In this document: positions 12,140 to 25,300 of the stretch, one piece after another
How the letters are laid out: the number at the start of each line of letters is the position of its first letter
Numbering within the stretch: position 1 is the first letter of the stretch
Assembly: GCA_965655095.1 (NCBI GenBank)
Contig: OZ296651.1
Coordinates: 45,818,001 to 45,882,000, forward strand
DNA from: Haplodiscus bocki
Taxonomy: Eukaryota
Direction of reading: 5' to 3'
DNA length: 64,000 nucleotides
Made by a program: the position numbers and the translations under genes
The notes under the pieces: model-generated
Seen by the model: the letters and a program-made list of their open reading frames with translations, nothing else
Told to the model about the DNA's origin: nothing
The model's database searches: none

Positions 12140-12920
12140 CTATCCCCATGGTACCTTCTGTTTATCTATTTGTATGGAGTGAATTGGACTTTTGCTCAGA
12201 ATTGCCAAAGATTGGAAGTAGGCCAGCATGTTCGGCAAGTAATTTAGGCTATTGTGAATTGTTTCCGATCTCAGCCAACAATTCGGACTAGTTTTGTGAA
12301 TTGCTTTCCAACTGCTGGGAGTGTCGTTTTTCTTTGTTTTTTGTTTCATTTTCTTTATCAAGTAAGCGATTAATTGGACTTAAGTTTGTTATTGATTCCT
12401 TTTCCGTTCTTTGAGAGTCCATCAAATAAAATTTCCTCTGTAAGCGTTTTCAAGAAAACTGGAGGCGACACAAGTTTAAAAACAGATTTTACTGTTTGAA
12501 GGATTGGACGGCTTTGAATACGGGCTGTTCAAGTGAGAGACAGTTATAATGCTAGATGTTTTGCAGGTGCCAAGTTGCTGTCGACTGACAATGTTGATTC
12601 CGTCTTTGGATTCAAAATGCAATGAGGACAGAGTTGATTTTTTGGATCAACAGTAGAAGGGCCTTTCATTGGGACAATTTTGTTATCAGAAATTTGGGGG
12701 GGGGGGACGAAAAAATGGAGACTTCAACTACATCTGGGCATGGAACTGGGTCATCGGTTGCGTCACACATTAAACATTGACCGGAAGCAGAGAAGTCCAC
12801 CAAATGCAAGAGACTTCTCACGACGAGGGCGCTTGTGGCCCATGATAGCAATAAAATTAGAACGCAGCGCATGCTCTAGATTGGGTTTAAAGAAACGTTA
12901 ATAATGCCAAAGAAGGCCAC
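12140..12920 (-). pseudogene. Cys-rich protein of unknown function (progenitor-type copy)
   Basis: ORFs 12666..12872 (GQCLMCDATDDPVPCPDV) and 12140..12361 (CWLRSETIHNSLNY...DKQK). The protein words are conserved in the paralogous P and Q modules of the array. Confidence 0.55.
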
Positions 12921-13368
12921 TTTCGTAGTGAACGCTTCAGAAAAAGTTAAAGTTTAATCCTCATAAAAATGATGTTAGTCTTTTTTGAGCTTGACCCATT
13001 TCTGTTTCGGGAACCGTGATTATCGATTCCTGCGAAATTGGGTTTCTCACTTATTTTTTTCTATCTTTGATCGGATAACGTGTTTTCAAATTTTCGCAAT
13101 ACCATTTTCCAAATGTGCGTGGGATCTGATCTCAATTCGCGGGTTCCAAACGTGCTCAGGTGCCCATGATCTCTCACAACGATGAGTTTAGTGCTGAACA
13201 TCGAACCCTCAACCAGAAAATTGTTCATACCGTATGCACTATTGCGAGGACCATTGTTGAGTTTTTTGGTATGAAAATACACTTACAGTTATGTAGTAAT
13301 TCAGTTCATGGCTCGGCGCCAAGATGTCAATGTAATTGTGGGTAATCGTTCCGCCAACGAATTCTTCT

Positions 13369-16300
13369 TTGTCGTAGACCTGCCTTATCTGACTCTCGTC
13401 TGGTTTTGTACTCTCCCTGATCATCCTTCTGTTTATCCATTTGTGTGGATGAGATTGGACCTGTGCTAAAAGTTGCTGAAACTTGCAATTTGGGCAACGT
13501 ATTGAGCCATTAATCTAGGCTTTTCTGAATTGTTTCTTTACTCTGAGCCAACAATGGTGGTCGTTTCTGTGAATTCCTTTCCCTCTGCAAAGCATCTTGT
13601 TTTCAACTGTTCCCTGGGTTTTTCTTTCTGCTCAACTAGGCCAATGTTTAGACTGAGTTTTTCAACTGATTCCTACTGTTTTCCGTTCAATGAAAGTCCA
13701 TGGAATAATTTTTTGTCCGAAGGCGTTTTTCCAGATAACTGATGCCCCCGCAATTTTGGGAAACGCGATTTTTTTGGATGACGAGTTCGACGCTTTGGAA
13801 TACGCGCTGTACAAGTGACTGCGTAATATTGCTGGATGTTATGCTGGTGGCGAATTGCTCTCGACTAACAATGTTGGTACCGTCTATGGGTTGAAAATGC
13901 GGTGAGAAAGACACTGTTGATTTTTTACAACAATTGTAACAGGGCTTTTCAGTGCTAAAATAGTTTTTACATCTTGGGGGATGACAAAATTGAGACTAAA
14001 AATACATCTGGACACGGAACAGGGTCATCGCTTCCTTCACACAATAAACATTGACCGGAAGCGGAAAAGTATTGCCAGCAATGACAACTGAAAACGCAGA
14101 GCGTGCCATATTTTTCATTAAAAGAGTCCTTAATAATGCCAAAGGAGGCCACTGTTGTGGTTGACCTTTCAGAAAAACGTGACGTTTGAGCCTACTATAA
14201 ATGATTTGTCTTTTTTGAGGTGTTGTACTTTCCGCATGTTACCTTCTGTTTATCTAATTGTATTGAGTGAATTGGACTTTTGCTCAAAATTGCCAAAGAC
14301 TGGAAAGTACGCCAGCATGTTCAGCAAGTAATACGTGAAGCCGCCGTGACACGCGCGTGGTGAGATACTGGACGATTTGCTTGAAAATCGTCAGGTTTTG
14401 TAGTGTCCGCGGTCGTCCGTCCGCTTACCTCTGCAAACCATTTGTTTTCGTCTTTTTCCTGATTTTTCTTCCTGCTCAACTAGGGCAATAATTATACTGA
14501 ATTTTTCTAATAACTCCTACTGTTTTCCGTTCAATGAAAGTCCATGGAATAAATATTCGTCTGATAGCTTTGTTCCAGATAACTGATGGCCACGCAATAT
14601 CGAAAACCGCGAGTTTTTGGATGAAGGGTTGAACGCTTTGGAATTTGCGCTTGGCAAGTGAGAGACAGTTATAAAGTTAGATGTTCTGCGGGTGCCAAGT
14701 TGCTGTCGACTAACAATGTTGATAACTTGTAAGGATTCAAAATGCAATGGAGAAGACACAGTTTACTTTCTGGATCAACGGTAAATGGCCCTTTCTTTGG
14801 GACAATTTTGTTATCGGAAATTTGGGGGGGGGGACGAAAAAATGGAGACTTCAACTACATCTGGGCATGGAACTGGGTCATCGTTTGCGTCACATAATAA
14901 ACATTTACCGGAGGCAGAAAAGTCTCCCACATGCCCTATACTTCTACCGGCGGCGCTCGTGGCCCCTGATGGAAATAACAACTGAACTGAAAACGCAGGG
15001 TGTGCCGTAGATTGGATTTGAAGACTAGTTAATAATGCCAAAAGGGCTTTTTTTAATGTGGACTTTCCGGGTCAAGTTAAAGTTTAAGCTTAATCATAGT
15101 GATTGCGTTCTTTTTCGAAGTGGTTCCACTTTTGTTTCAAGAACCATCATCATCGATTTCCTCAAAATTGGGTTTATCACTCGTTGTTTTGTGTCTTGAT
15201 CAGATGAACCTGTTTTCAAACATCTGTGATTCGATTTTTCATTCAAGTGTGGGAACTAACAATACAGCCTATCGGCCACTATAACTGTCGACCGCACTAG
15301 TATATCCTATATATTGAAGATGCGAAACCCTGTCGGTTTGAGCAGAGTAAACTGATAGAACAAGAGGATTTTTCCACCCCAGAAGCTGTTATCAAACCAA
15401 GAACTCAATATGCTGAAAAAATATCAATATTTGGATCTGCAAAAAATGTTCTCGACACTTGTAACAGTTATTTTAGTACAGTTCAGAGAAGCCGTAATGA
15501 AATTTGCTTTCACGCTTTTTAACTGGTGTTCAGAGGTACTCAACTCTCCAAATACCAGCTGAAAGTCAAACATTGAAAGTCACGCTAGGAGCACAGATAT
15601 TAACCGACGAGTAGGCAAACGGTTAATTTTGGGCGCCATTTGGTTTTGAAATGAAACTGTGTAGACGTGTATGTAGTTGATACTTACCCATGCAAAACTT
15701 ATCTCAGTTCTGTAATTAAGAAGGCCTAAACCATAATCGCAGTAATTTAGTTCAAATAGACAATACAGATAGAAAAGTTTTACAAAAAGCACAGATACAC
15801 GCAAAACTGAGGATTTTTGCTTAAAGTCTGAAAATCACTTTTTGGCATGTGTAGATAAGTTATTGGAAAGCAAAGACTCCGGTAACGTGATTTGCAATTG
15901 ACAAAGTGAGGCATAAGTCTCAGCGGGTCAAAAGCTATGTTTTTCATTCACTTCAACTGAAATTTGTCGCTCCATAGGCGTCAAATTGTACATAGTGAAC
16001 GCGTATGGGCAGCCAAGAATTTTATTGCTGTTGTTAGGTATCCATAAGGTCTCCACCAAACGAAAATAAGGCCAGTTAGTGTACCAAAAACATGAAAAAC
16101 TGTTTTGAATCGACTCACTTTTCGTGGCCGAAGAAATTACAAAGTTTCGAAAGTTTTCCCTAACTCCAATTAAAATGTCACAAATTACTGCTTTTTGTTT
16201 GCTTGGCTGTGGCGATGTTGAACGCCTTGATTTTGTTCTCTATGGAAAATGCTTTTTTATAGCGTTTCATGTCAAATTTTGGAAGTCCTAGATTTTGCGG

Positions 16301-19300
16301 TAAAAGTTGGTCATCATTTTTTTTCGAACGTTCTACATTCTTCTTTGGTCCTGATCCTTTTTTAATCTGTACTTTTGCTGCAAATAGGAGCTCTTACGTG
16401 AAACAACCGCGACACGCTTGAAAATCACCTTGCTTGAAGATCATTCTCGACTTTATTTACAAAATTCAGAATATCCTTGGTCAATGTCAGGTTGTCGTAG
16501 ACCTGCCTTATCTGACTCATTTCTCTCGTCTGGTTTTGTACTCTCCCTGATCATCCTTCTGTTTATCCATTTGTGTGGATGAGATTGGACATGTGCTAAA
16601 AACTGCTGAAACTTGGAATTTGCGCAACGTATTGAGCCATTAATCTAGGCTTTTCTGAATCGTTTCTTTACTCTGAGCCAAAAATGGTGTCAGTTTCTGT
16701 GAATTCCTTTCCCTCTGCAAAGCATCTTGTTTTCATCTGTTCCCTGCTTTTTTCTTTCTGCTCAACTAGGCCAATGTTTATACTGAATTTTTCAACTGAT
16801 TCCTACTGTTTTCCGTTCAATGAAAGTACATGGAATAATTTTTTGTCCGAAGGCGTTTTTCCAGATAACTGATGCCCCCGCAATTTTGAGAAACGCGATT
16901 TTTTTGGATGACGAGTTCGACGCTTTGCAATCCGCGCTGTACAAGTGACAGCGTAATATTGCTGGATGTTATGCTGGTGGCGAATTGCTGTCGGCTAACA
17001 AGGTTGGTACCCTCTATGGATTCAAAATGCGGTGAGAAAGACAAAGTTGAATTTTTACAACAATTGTAACAGAGCTTTTTAGTGCTAGAATAGTCTTTAC
17101 ATCTTGGGGGATGACAAAATTGAGACTAAAAATGCTTCTGGACACGGAACAGGGTCATCGTTTGCTTCACACAATAAACATTGACCGGAAGCGGATAAGT
17201 ATCGCCAGCAATAACAACTGAAAACGCAGAGCATGCCGTATTTTTCATTAAAAGAGTCCTTAATAATGCCAAAGGAGGCCACTGTTGTGGTTGACCTTTC
17301 AGAAAAACTTGAAGTTTGAGCCTACTATAAATGATTTGTCTTTTTTGAGGTGTTGTACTATCCGCATGTTACCTTCTGTTTATCTAATTGTATTGAGTGA
17401 ATTGGACTTTTGCTCAAAATTGCCAAAGACTGGAAAGTACGCCAGCATGTTCAGCAAGTAATACGTGAAGCCGCCGTGACACGCTTGAAAATCATCTTGC
17501 TTGAAGATCATTCTCGACTTTATTTACAAAATTCAGAATATCCTTGGTCAAGGTCAGGTTGTCATAGACCTGCCTTATCTGACTCATTTCTCTCGTCTGG
17601 TTTTGTACTCTCCCTGATCATCCTTCTGTTTATCCATTTGTGTGGATGAGATTGGACCTGTGCTAAAAACTGGTGAAACTTGGAATTTGCGCAACGTATT
17701 GAGCCATTAATCTAGGCTTTTCTGAATCGTTTCTTTCCTCTGAGCCAACAATGGTGGCCGTTTCTGTGAATTCCTTTCCCTCTGCAAAGCATATTGTTTT
17801 CAACTGTTCCCTGGTTTTTTCCTTCTGCTCAACTAGGCCAATGTTTAGACTGAGTTTTTCAACTGATTCCTACTGTTTTCGGTTCAATAAAAGTCCATGG
17901 AATAAATTTTCGTCTGATAGCTTTGTTCCAGATAACTGATGGCCACGCAATTTCGAGAAACGCGATTTTATTGAATGACGAGTTGGACGCTTTGGAATAC
18001 CCGCTGTACAAGTGACAGAGCGTAATAATGCTGGATGTTATGCTGGTGGCGAATTGCTGTCGACTAACAATGTTGGTACCGTCTATGGGTTGAAAATGCG
18101 GTGAGAAAGACACTGTTGATTTTTTACAACAATTGTAACAGGGCTTTTCAGTGCTAAGATAGTTTTGACATCTTGGGGGATGACAAAATTGAGACTGAAA
18201 ATACATCTGGACACGGAACAAGGTCATCGCTTCCTTCACACAATAAACATTGACCGGAAGCGGATAAGTATCGCCAGCAATAACAACTGAAAACGCAGAG
18301 CATGACGTATTTTTCATTAAAAGAGTCCTTAATAATGCCAAAGGAGGCCACTGTTGTGGTTGACCTTTCAGAAAAACTTGAAGTTTGAGCCTACTATAAA
18401 TGATTTGTCTTTTTTGAGGTGTTGTACTATCCGCATGTTACCTTCTGTTTATCTAATTGTATTGAGTGAATTCGACTTTTGCTCAAAATTGCCAAAGACT
18501 GGAAAGTACGCCAGCATGTTCAGCAAGTAATACGTGAAGCCGCCGTGACACGCGCGTGGTGAGATACTGGACGATTTGCTTGAAAATCGTCAGGTTTTGT
18601 AGTGTCCGCGGTCGTCCGTCCGTTTACCTCTGCAAACCATTTGTTTTCGTCTTTTTCCTGATTTTTCTTCCTGCTCAACTAGGGCAATAATTATACTGAA
18701 TTTTTCTAATAACTCCTACTGTTTTCCGTTCAATGAAAGTCCATGGAATAAATATTCGTCTGATAGCTTTGTTCCAGATAACTGATGGCCACGCAATATC
18801 GAAAACCGCGAGTTTTTGGATGAAGGGTTGAACGCTTTGGAATTTGCGCTTGGCAAGTGAGAGACAGTTATAAAGTTAGATGTTCTGCGGGTGCCAAGTT
18901 GCTGTCGACTAACAATGTTGATAACTTGTAAGGATTCAAAATGCAATGGAGAAGACACAGTTTACTTTCTGGATCAACGGTAAATGGCCCTTTCTTTGGG
19001 ACAATTTTGTTATCGGAAATTTGGGGGGGGGGGGGGGACGAAAAAATGGAGACTTCAACTACATCTGGGCATGGAACTGGGTCATCGTTTGCGTCACATA
19101 ATAAACATTTACCGGAGGCAGAAAAGTCTCCCACATGCCCTATACTTCTACCGGCGGCGCTCGTGGCCCCTGATGGAAATAACAACTGAACTGAAAACGC
19201 AGGGTGTGCCGTAGATTGGATTTGAAGACTAGTTAATAATGCCAAAAGGGCTTTTTTTAATGTGGACTTTCCGGGTCAAGTTAAAGTTTAAGCTTAATCA

Positions 19301-22300
19301 TAGTGATTGCGTTCTTTTTCGAAGTGGTTCCACTTTTGTTTCAAGAACCATCATCATCGATTTCCTCAAAATTGGGTTTATCACTCGTTGTTTTGTGTCT
19401 TGATCAGATGAACCTGTTTTCAAACATCTGTGATTCGATTTTTCATTCAAGTGTGGGAACTAACAATACAGCCTATCGGCCACTATAACTGTCGACCGCA
19501 CTAGTATATCCTATATATTGAAGATGCGAAACCCTGTCGGTTTGAGCAGAGTAAACTGATAGAACAAGAGGATTTTTCCACCCCAGAAGCTGTTATCAAA
19601 CCAAGAACTCAATATGCTGAAAAAATATCAATATTTGGATCTGCAAAAAATGTTCTCGACACTTGTAACAGTTATTTTAGTACAGTTCAGAGAAACCGTA
19701 ATGAAATTTGCTTTCACGCTTTTTAACTGGTGTTCAGAGGTACTCAACTCTCCAAATACCAGCTGAAAGTCAAACATTGAAAGTCACGCTAGGAGCACAT
19801 ATATTAACCGACGAGTAGGCAAACGGTCAATTTTGGGCGCCATTTTGTTTTGAAATGAAACTGTGTAGACGTGCATGTAGTTGATACTTACCCATGCAAA
19901 ACTTATCTCAGTTCTGAAATTAAGAAGGCCTAAACCATAATCGCAGTAATTTAGTTCAAATAGACAATACAGACAGAAAAGTTTTACAGAAAGCACAGAT
20001 ACACGCGAAACTGAGGACTTTTGCTTAAAGTCTGAAAATCACTTTTTGGCATGTGTAGATAAGTTATTGGAAACCAATGACTCCGGTAACGTGATTTGCA
20101 ATTGACAAAGTGAGGCATAAGTCTCAGCGGTTTCAAAGCTATGTTTTTCATTCACTTCAACTGAAATTTGTCGCTCCATAGGCGTCACATTGTACATAGT
20201 GAACGCGTATGGGCAGCCGAGGATTTTAATGCTGTTGTTAGGTATCCATAAGGTCTCCACCAAACGAAAATAAGGCCAGTTAGTGTACCAAAAACATGAA
20301 AAACTGTTTTGAATCGACTCACTTTTCGTGGCCGAAGAAATTACAAAGTTTCGAAAGTTTTCCCTAACTCCAATTAAAATGTCACAAATTACTGTTTTTT
20401 GCTTGGCTGTGGCGATGTTGAACGAACTGATTTTGTTCTCTATGGAAAATGCTTTTTTATAGCGTTTCATGTCAAATTTCGGAAGTCCCAGATTTTGCGG
20501 TAAAAGTTGGTCATTTTTTTCGAACGTTCTAGATTCTTCTTTGGTCTTGATCCTTTTTTAATCTGTACGTTTGCAGCAAATAGGTGCTCTTACGTGAAAC
20601 CACCGCGACACGCTTGAAAATCACCTTGCTTGAATATCATTCTCGACTTTATTTACAAAATTCAGAATATCCTTGGTCAAGGTCAGGTTGTCATAGACCT
20701 GCCTTATCTGACTCATTTCTCTCGTCTGGTTTTGTACTCTCCCTGATCATCCTTCTGTTTATCCATTTGTGTGGATGAGATTGGATCTGTGCTAAAAATT
20801 GCTGAAACTTGGAATTTGCGCAACGTATTGAGCCATTAATCTAGGCTTTTCTGAATCGTTTCTTTCCTCTGAGCCAACAATGGTGGCCGTTTCTGTGAAT
20901 TCCTTTCCCTCTGCAAAGCATATTGTTTTCAACTGTTCCCTGGTTTTTTCTTTCAGCTCAACTAGGCCAATGTTTAGACTGAATTTTTCAACTGATTCCT
21001 ACTGTTTTCCGTTCAATGAAAGTCCATGGAATAATTTTTTGTCCGAAGGCGTTTTTCCAGATAACTGATGCCCCCGCAATTTTGAGAAACGCGATTTTTT
21101 TTGGATGACGAGTTTCTCGCTCAATATTTTGTATCTGTGATCGGATATCGCCTTTTCAAAACTTTGCAATTCCTTTTTTCGAAGTATGTGTGGGATCCGA
21201 TGTCATTTCGCGGGTTACAAACGTGCTGAGGTGCTCATGATCTCTCCCAACGATGAGTTTACTGCTCAATTCCGAACCGTCACGCAAGAAGTGCACTGTC
21301 GAGGACCATTGAGTTTTCTATCGCTTTAAACTCGTGATCATTTAGTGTTCGATGGGCGGCTCCTCAAACAAATACACTACCTTAGTAAGTCAGTTACCGG
21401 CTTGGCCCCAAGATGTCAAAAGTATTGAGGTTAGTCGTTCACCCAACGCATTCTTCGTTGTTCCGGTTCAGTTTCTCCCGTGTCGTGATTTTAAACTTCG
21501 AATGTATTTAGAAGGGAATATCTGACAATATACTGGCGAGATCTTTAGTTCACACCCCAGGAACACCGGTAATATCAAATTGGTAAAAAAATCTATTTCT
21601 GGGGAGGAACTCACTTATAAATTGCTTGTTTCTTAAACAGGTTCGGTGGTAGTGCCGACTGTTTTCCCTGTCAGAATTCTGAACATCGATTTTTCTGAGG
21701 GAATGTCTGGTAATATACTTTGGATATCTTCAGCCCTCACGCTAGGAACACAGATAATAGCCGATGTTTTGGCAAACAGTCAATTCTTGGCGCCATTTTG
21801 TTTTGAAATGAAACTGTGTAGACGTGCGTGTAGTTGATACGTACCTATACAAAATTTATTTCAGTGTTGAAATCAAGACGGCCTAAACCATAATCGCAGT
21901 ACTTTAGTTCAAATAGACAATACAGATAGAGAAGTTTTACGGAAAGCACAGATACACGCAAAACTGAGGACTTTTGCTTAAAGTCTGAAAATCACTTTTT
22001 GGCATGTGTAGATTAGTTTTTGGAAACCAATAACCCCGGTAACGTGATTTGCAATTGACAAAGTGAGGCATAAGTCTCAGCGGGTCAAAAGCTATGTTTT
22101 TCATTCACTTCAACTGAAATTTGTCGCTCCATAGGCGTCACATTGTACATAGTGAACGCGTATGGGCAGCCGAGGATTTTAATGCTGTTGTTAGGTATCC
22201 ATAAGGTCTCCACCAAACGAAAATAAGGCCAGTTAGTGTACCAAAAACATGAAAAACTGTTTTGAATCAACTCGCTTTTCGTGGCCGAAGAAATTACAAA

Positions 22301-25300
22301 GTTTCGAAAGTTTTCCCTAACTCTAATTAAAATGTCACAAATTACTCTTTTTTGCTTGGCTGTGGCGATGTTGAACGAACTGATTTTGTTCTCTATGGAA
22401 AATGCTTTTTTATAGCGTTTCATGTCAAATTTCGGAAGTCCCAGATTTTGCGGTAAAAGTTGGTCATTTTTTTCGAACGTTCTAGATTCTTCTTTGGTCT
22501 TGATCCTTTTTTAATCTGTAAGTTTGCAGCAAATAGGTGCTCTTACGTGAAACCACCGCGACACGCTTGAAAATCACCTTGCTTGAATATCATTCTCGAC
22601 TTTATTTACAAAATTCAGAATATCCTTGGTCAAGGTCAGGTTGTCATAGACCTGCCTTATCTGACTCATTTCTCTCGTCTGGTTTTGTACTCTCCCTGAT
22701 CATCCTTCTGTTTATCCATTTGTGTGGATGAGATTGGATCTGTGCTAAAAATTGCTGAAACTTGGAATTTGCGCAACGTATTGAGCCATTAATCTAGGCT
22801 TTTCTGAATCGTTTCTTTCCTCTGAGCCAACAATGGTGGCCGTTTCTGTGAATTCCTTTCCCTCTGCAAAGCATATTGTTTTCAACTGTTCCCTGGTTTT
22901 TTCTTTCAGCTCAACTAGGCCAATGTTTAGACTGAATTTTTCAACTGATTCCTACTGTTTTCCGTTCAATGAAAGTCCATGGAATAATTTTTTGTCCGAA
23001 GGCGTTTTTCCAGATAACTGATGCCCCCGCAATTTTGAGAAACGCGATTTTTTTTGGATGACGAGTTTCTCGCTCAATATTTTGTATCTGTGATCGGATA
23101 TCGCCTTTTCAAAACTTTGCAATTCCTTTTTTCGAAGTATGTGTGGGATCCGATGTCATTTCGCGGGTTACAAACGTGCTGAGGTGCTCATGATCTCTCC
23201 CAACGATGAGTTTACTGCTCAATTCCGAACCGTCACGCAAGAAGTGCACTGTCGAGGACCATTGAGTTTTCTATCGCTTTAAACTCGTGATCATTTAGTG
23301 TTCGATGGGCGGCTCCTCAAACAAATACACTACCTTAGTAAGTCAGTTACCGGCTTGGCCCCAAGATGTCAAAAGTATTGAGGTTAGTCGTTCACCCAAC
23401 GCATTCTTCGTTGTTCCGGTTCAGTTTCTCCCGTGTCGTGATTTTAAACTTCGAATGTATTTAGAAGGGAATATCTGACAATATACTGGCGAGATCTTTA
23501 GTTCACACCCCAGGAACACCGGTAATATCAAATTGGTAAAAAAATCTATTTCTGGGGAGGAACTCACTTATAAATTGCTTGTTTCTTAAACAGGTTCGGT
23601 GGTAGTGCCGACTGTTTTCCCTGTCAGAATTCTGAACATCGATTTTTCTGAGGGAATGTCTGGTAATATACTTTGGATATCTTCAGCCCTCACGCTAGGA
23701 ACACAGATAATAGCCGATGTTTTGGCAAACAGTCAATTCTTGGCGCCATTTTGTTTTGAAATGAAACTGTGTAGACGTGCGTGTAGTTGATACGTACCTA
23801 TACAAAATTTATTTCAGTGTTGAAATCAAGACGGCCTAAACCATAATCGCAGTACTTTAGTTCAAATAGACAATACAGATAGAGAAGTTTTACGGAAAGC
23901 ACAGATACACGCAAAACTGAGGACTTTTGCTTAAAGTCTGAAAATCACTTTTTGGCATGTGTAGATTAGTTTTTGGAAACCAATAACCCCGGTAACGTGA
24001 TTTGCAATTGACAAAGTGAGGCATAAGTCTCAGCGGGTCAAAAGCTATGTTTTTCATTCACTTCAACTGAAATTTGTCGCTCCATAGGCGTCACATTGTA
24101 CATAGTGAACGCGTATGGGCAGCCGAGGATTTTAATGCTGTTGTTAGGTATCCATAAGGTCTCCACCAAACGAAAATAAGGCCAGTTAGTGTACCAAAAA
24201 CATGAAAAACTGTTTTGAATCAACTCGCTTTTCGTGGCCGAAGAAATTACAAAGTTTCGAAAGTTTTCCCTAACTCTAATTAAAATGTCACAAATTACTC
24301 TTTTTTGCTTGGCTGTGGCGATGTTGAACGAACTGATTTTGTTCTCTATGGAAAATGCTTTTTTATAGCGTTTCATGTCAAATTTCGGAAGTCCCAGATT
24401 TTGCGGTAAAAGTTGGTCATTTTTTTCGAACGTTCTAGATTCTTCTTTGGTCTTGATCCTTTTTTAATCTGTACGTTTGCAGCAAATAGGTGCTCTTACG
24501 TGAAACCACCGCGACACGCTTGAAAATCATCTTGCTTGAAGATCATTCTCGACTTTATTTACAAATTTCAGAATATCCTTGGTCAAGGTCAGGTTGTCAT
24601 AGACCTGCCTTATCTGACTCATTTCTCTCGTCTGGTTTTGTAATCTCCCTGATCATCCTTCTGTTTATCCATTTGTGTGGATGAGATTGGACCTGTGCTA
24701 AAAACTGCTGAAACTTGGAATTTGCGCAACGTATTGAGCCATTAATCTAGGCTTTTCTGAATCGTTTCTTTCCTCTGAGCCAACAATGGTGGCCGTTTCT
24801 GTGAATTCCTTTCCCTCTGCAAAGCATATTGTTTTCAACTGTTCCCTGGTTTTTTCTTTCTGCTCAACTAGGCCAATGTTTAGACTGAATTTTTCAACTG
24901 ATTCCTACTGTTTTCCGTTCAATGAAAGTCCATGGAATAATTTTTTGTCCGAAGGCGTTTTTCCAGATAACTGATGCCCTCGCAATTATGAGAAACGCGA
25001 TTTTATTAGATGACGAGTTGGACGCTTTGGAATACCCGCTGTACAAGTGACAGAGCGTAATAATGCTGGATGTTATGCTGGTGGCGAATTGCTGTCGACT
25101 AACAATGTTGGTACCGTTTATGGGTTGAAAATGCGGTGAGAAAGACACTGTTGATTTTTTACAACAATTGTAACAGGGCTTTTCAGTGCTAAGATAGTTT
25201 TTACATCTTGGGGGATGACAAAATTGAGACTGAAAACACATCTGGACACGGAACAAGGTCATCGCTTCCTTCACACAATAAACATTGACCGGAAGCGGAT

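Larger units (their letters stand above)
3881..13370 (-). mobile_element. decayed Helitron-like rolling-circle transposon (Rep-PIF1-GIY-YIG plus co-oriented accessory genes); 5' boundary unresolved and may include the array
   Basis: Rep and PIF1 motifs occur in the canonical RepHel order on the minus strand. A GC-rich hairpin and CTCTTGTT lie ~500 bp past the coding end. Upstream pseudogenes are on the same strand. The boundaries are inferred. Confidence 0.65.
9495..13370. repeat. divergent progenitor-like copy of the array modules (Cys-rich fragment, R, T/SGNH, S, Q, partial T)
   Basis: Clear but diverged nucleotide similarity to array units. 9950-10265 matches 15270-15577. 10330-10925 matches the T module (e.g. 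28700-29270). 11205-12100 matches the S module. 12130-12960 matches the Q module, including the poly-G tract. Confidence 0.85.

Noticed and set aside
4400-13370. Polinton/adintovirus identity, suggested by the SGNH-like gene and small Cys-rich ORFs
   Set aside because: I found no protein-primed PolB, rve integrase, packaging ATPase, protease or capsid motifs. The recognisable enzyme motifs are HUH Rep and PIF1. A separate viral origin for the accessory block is not excluded.
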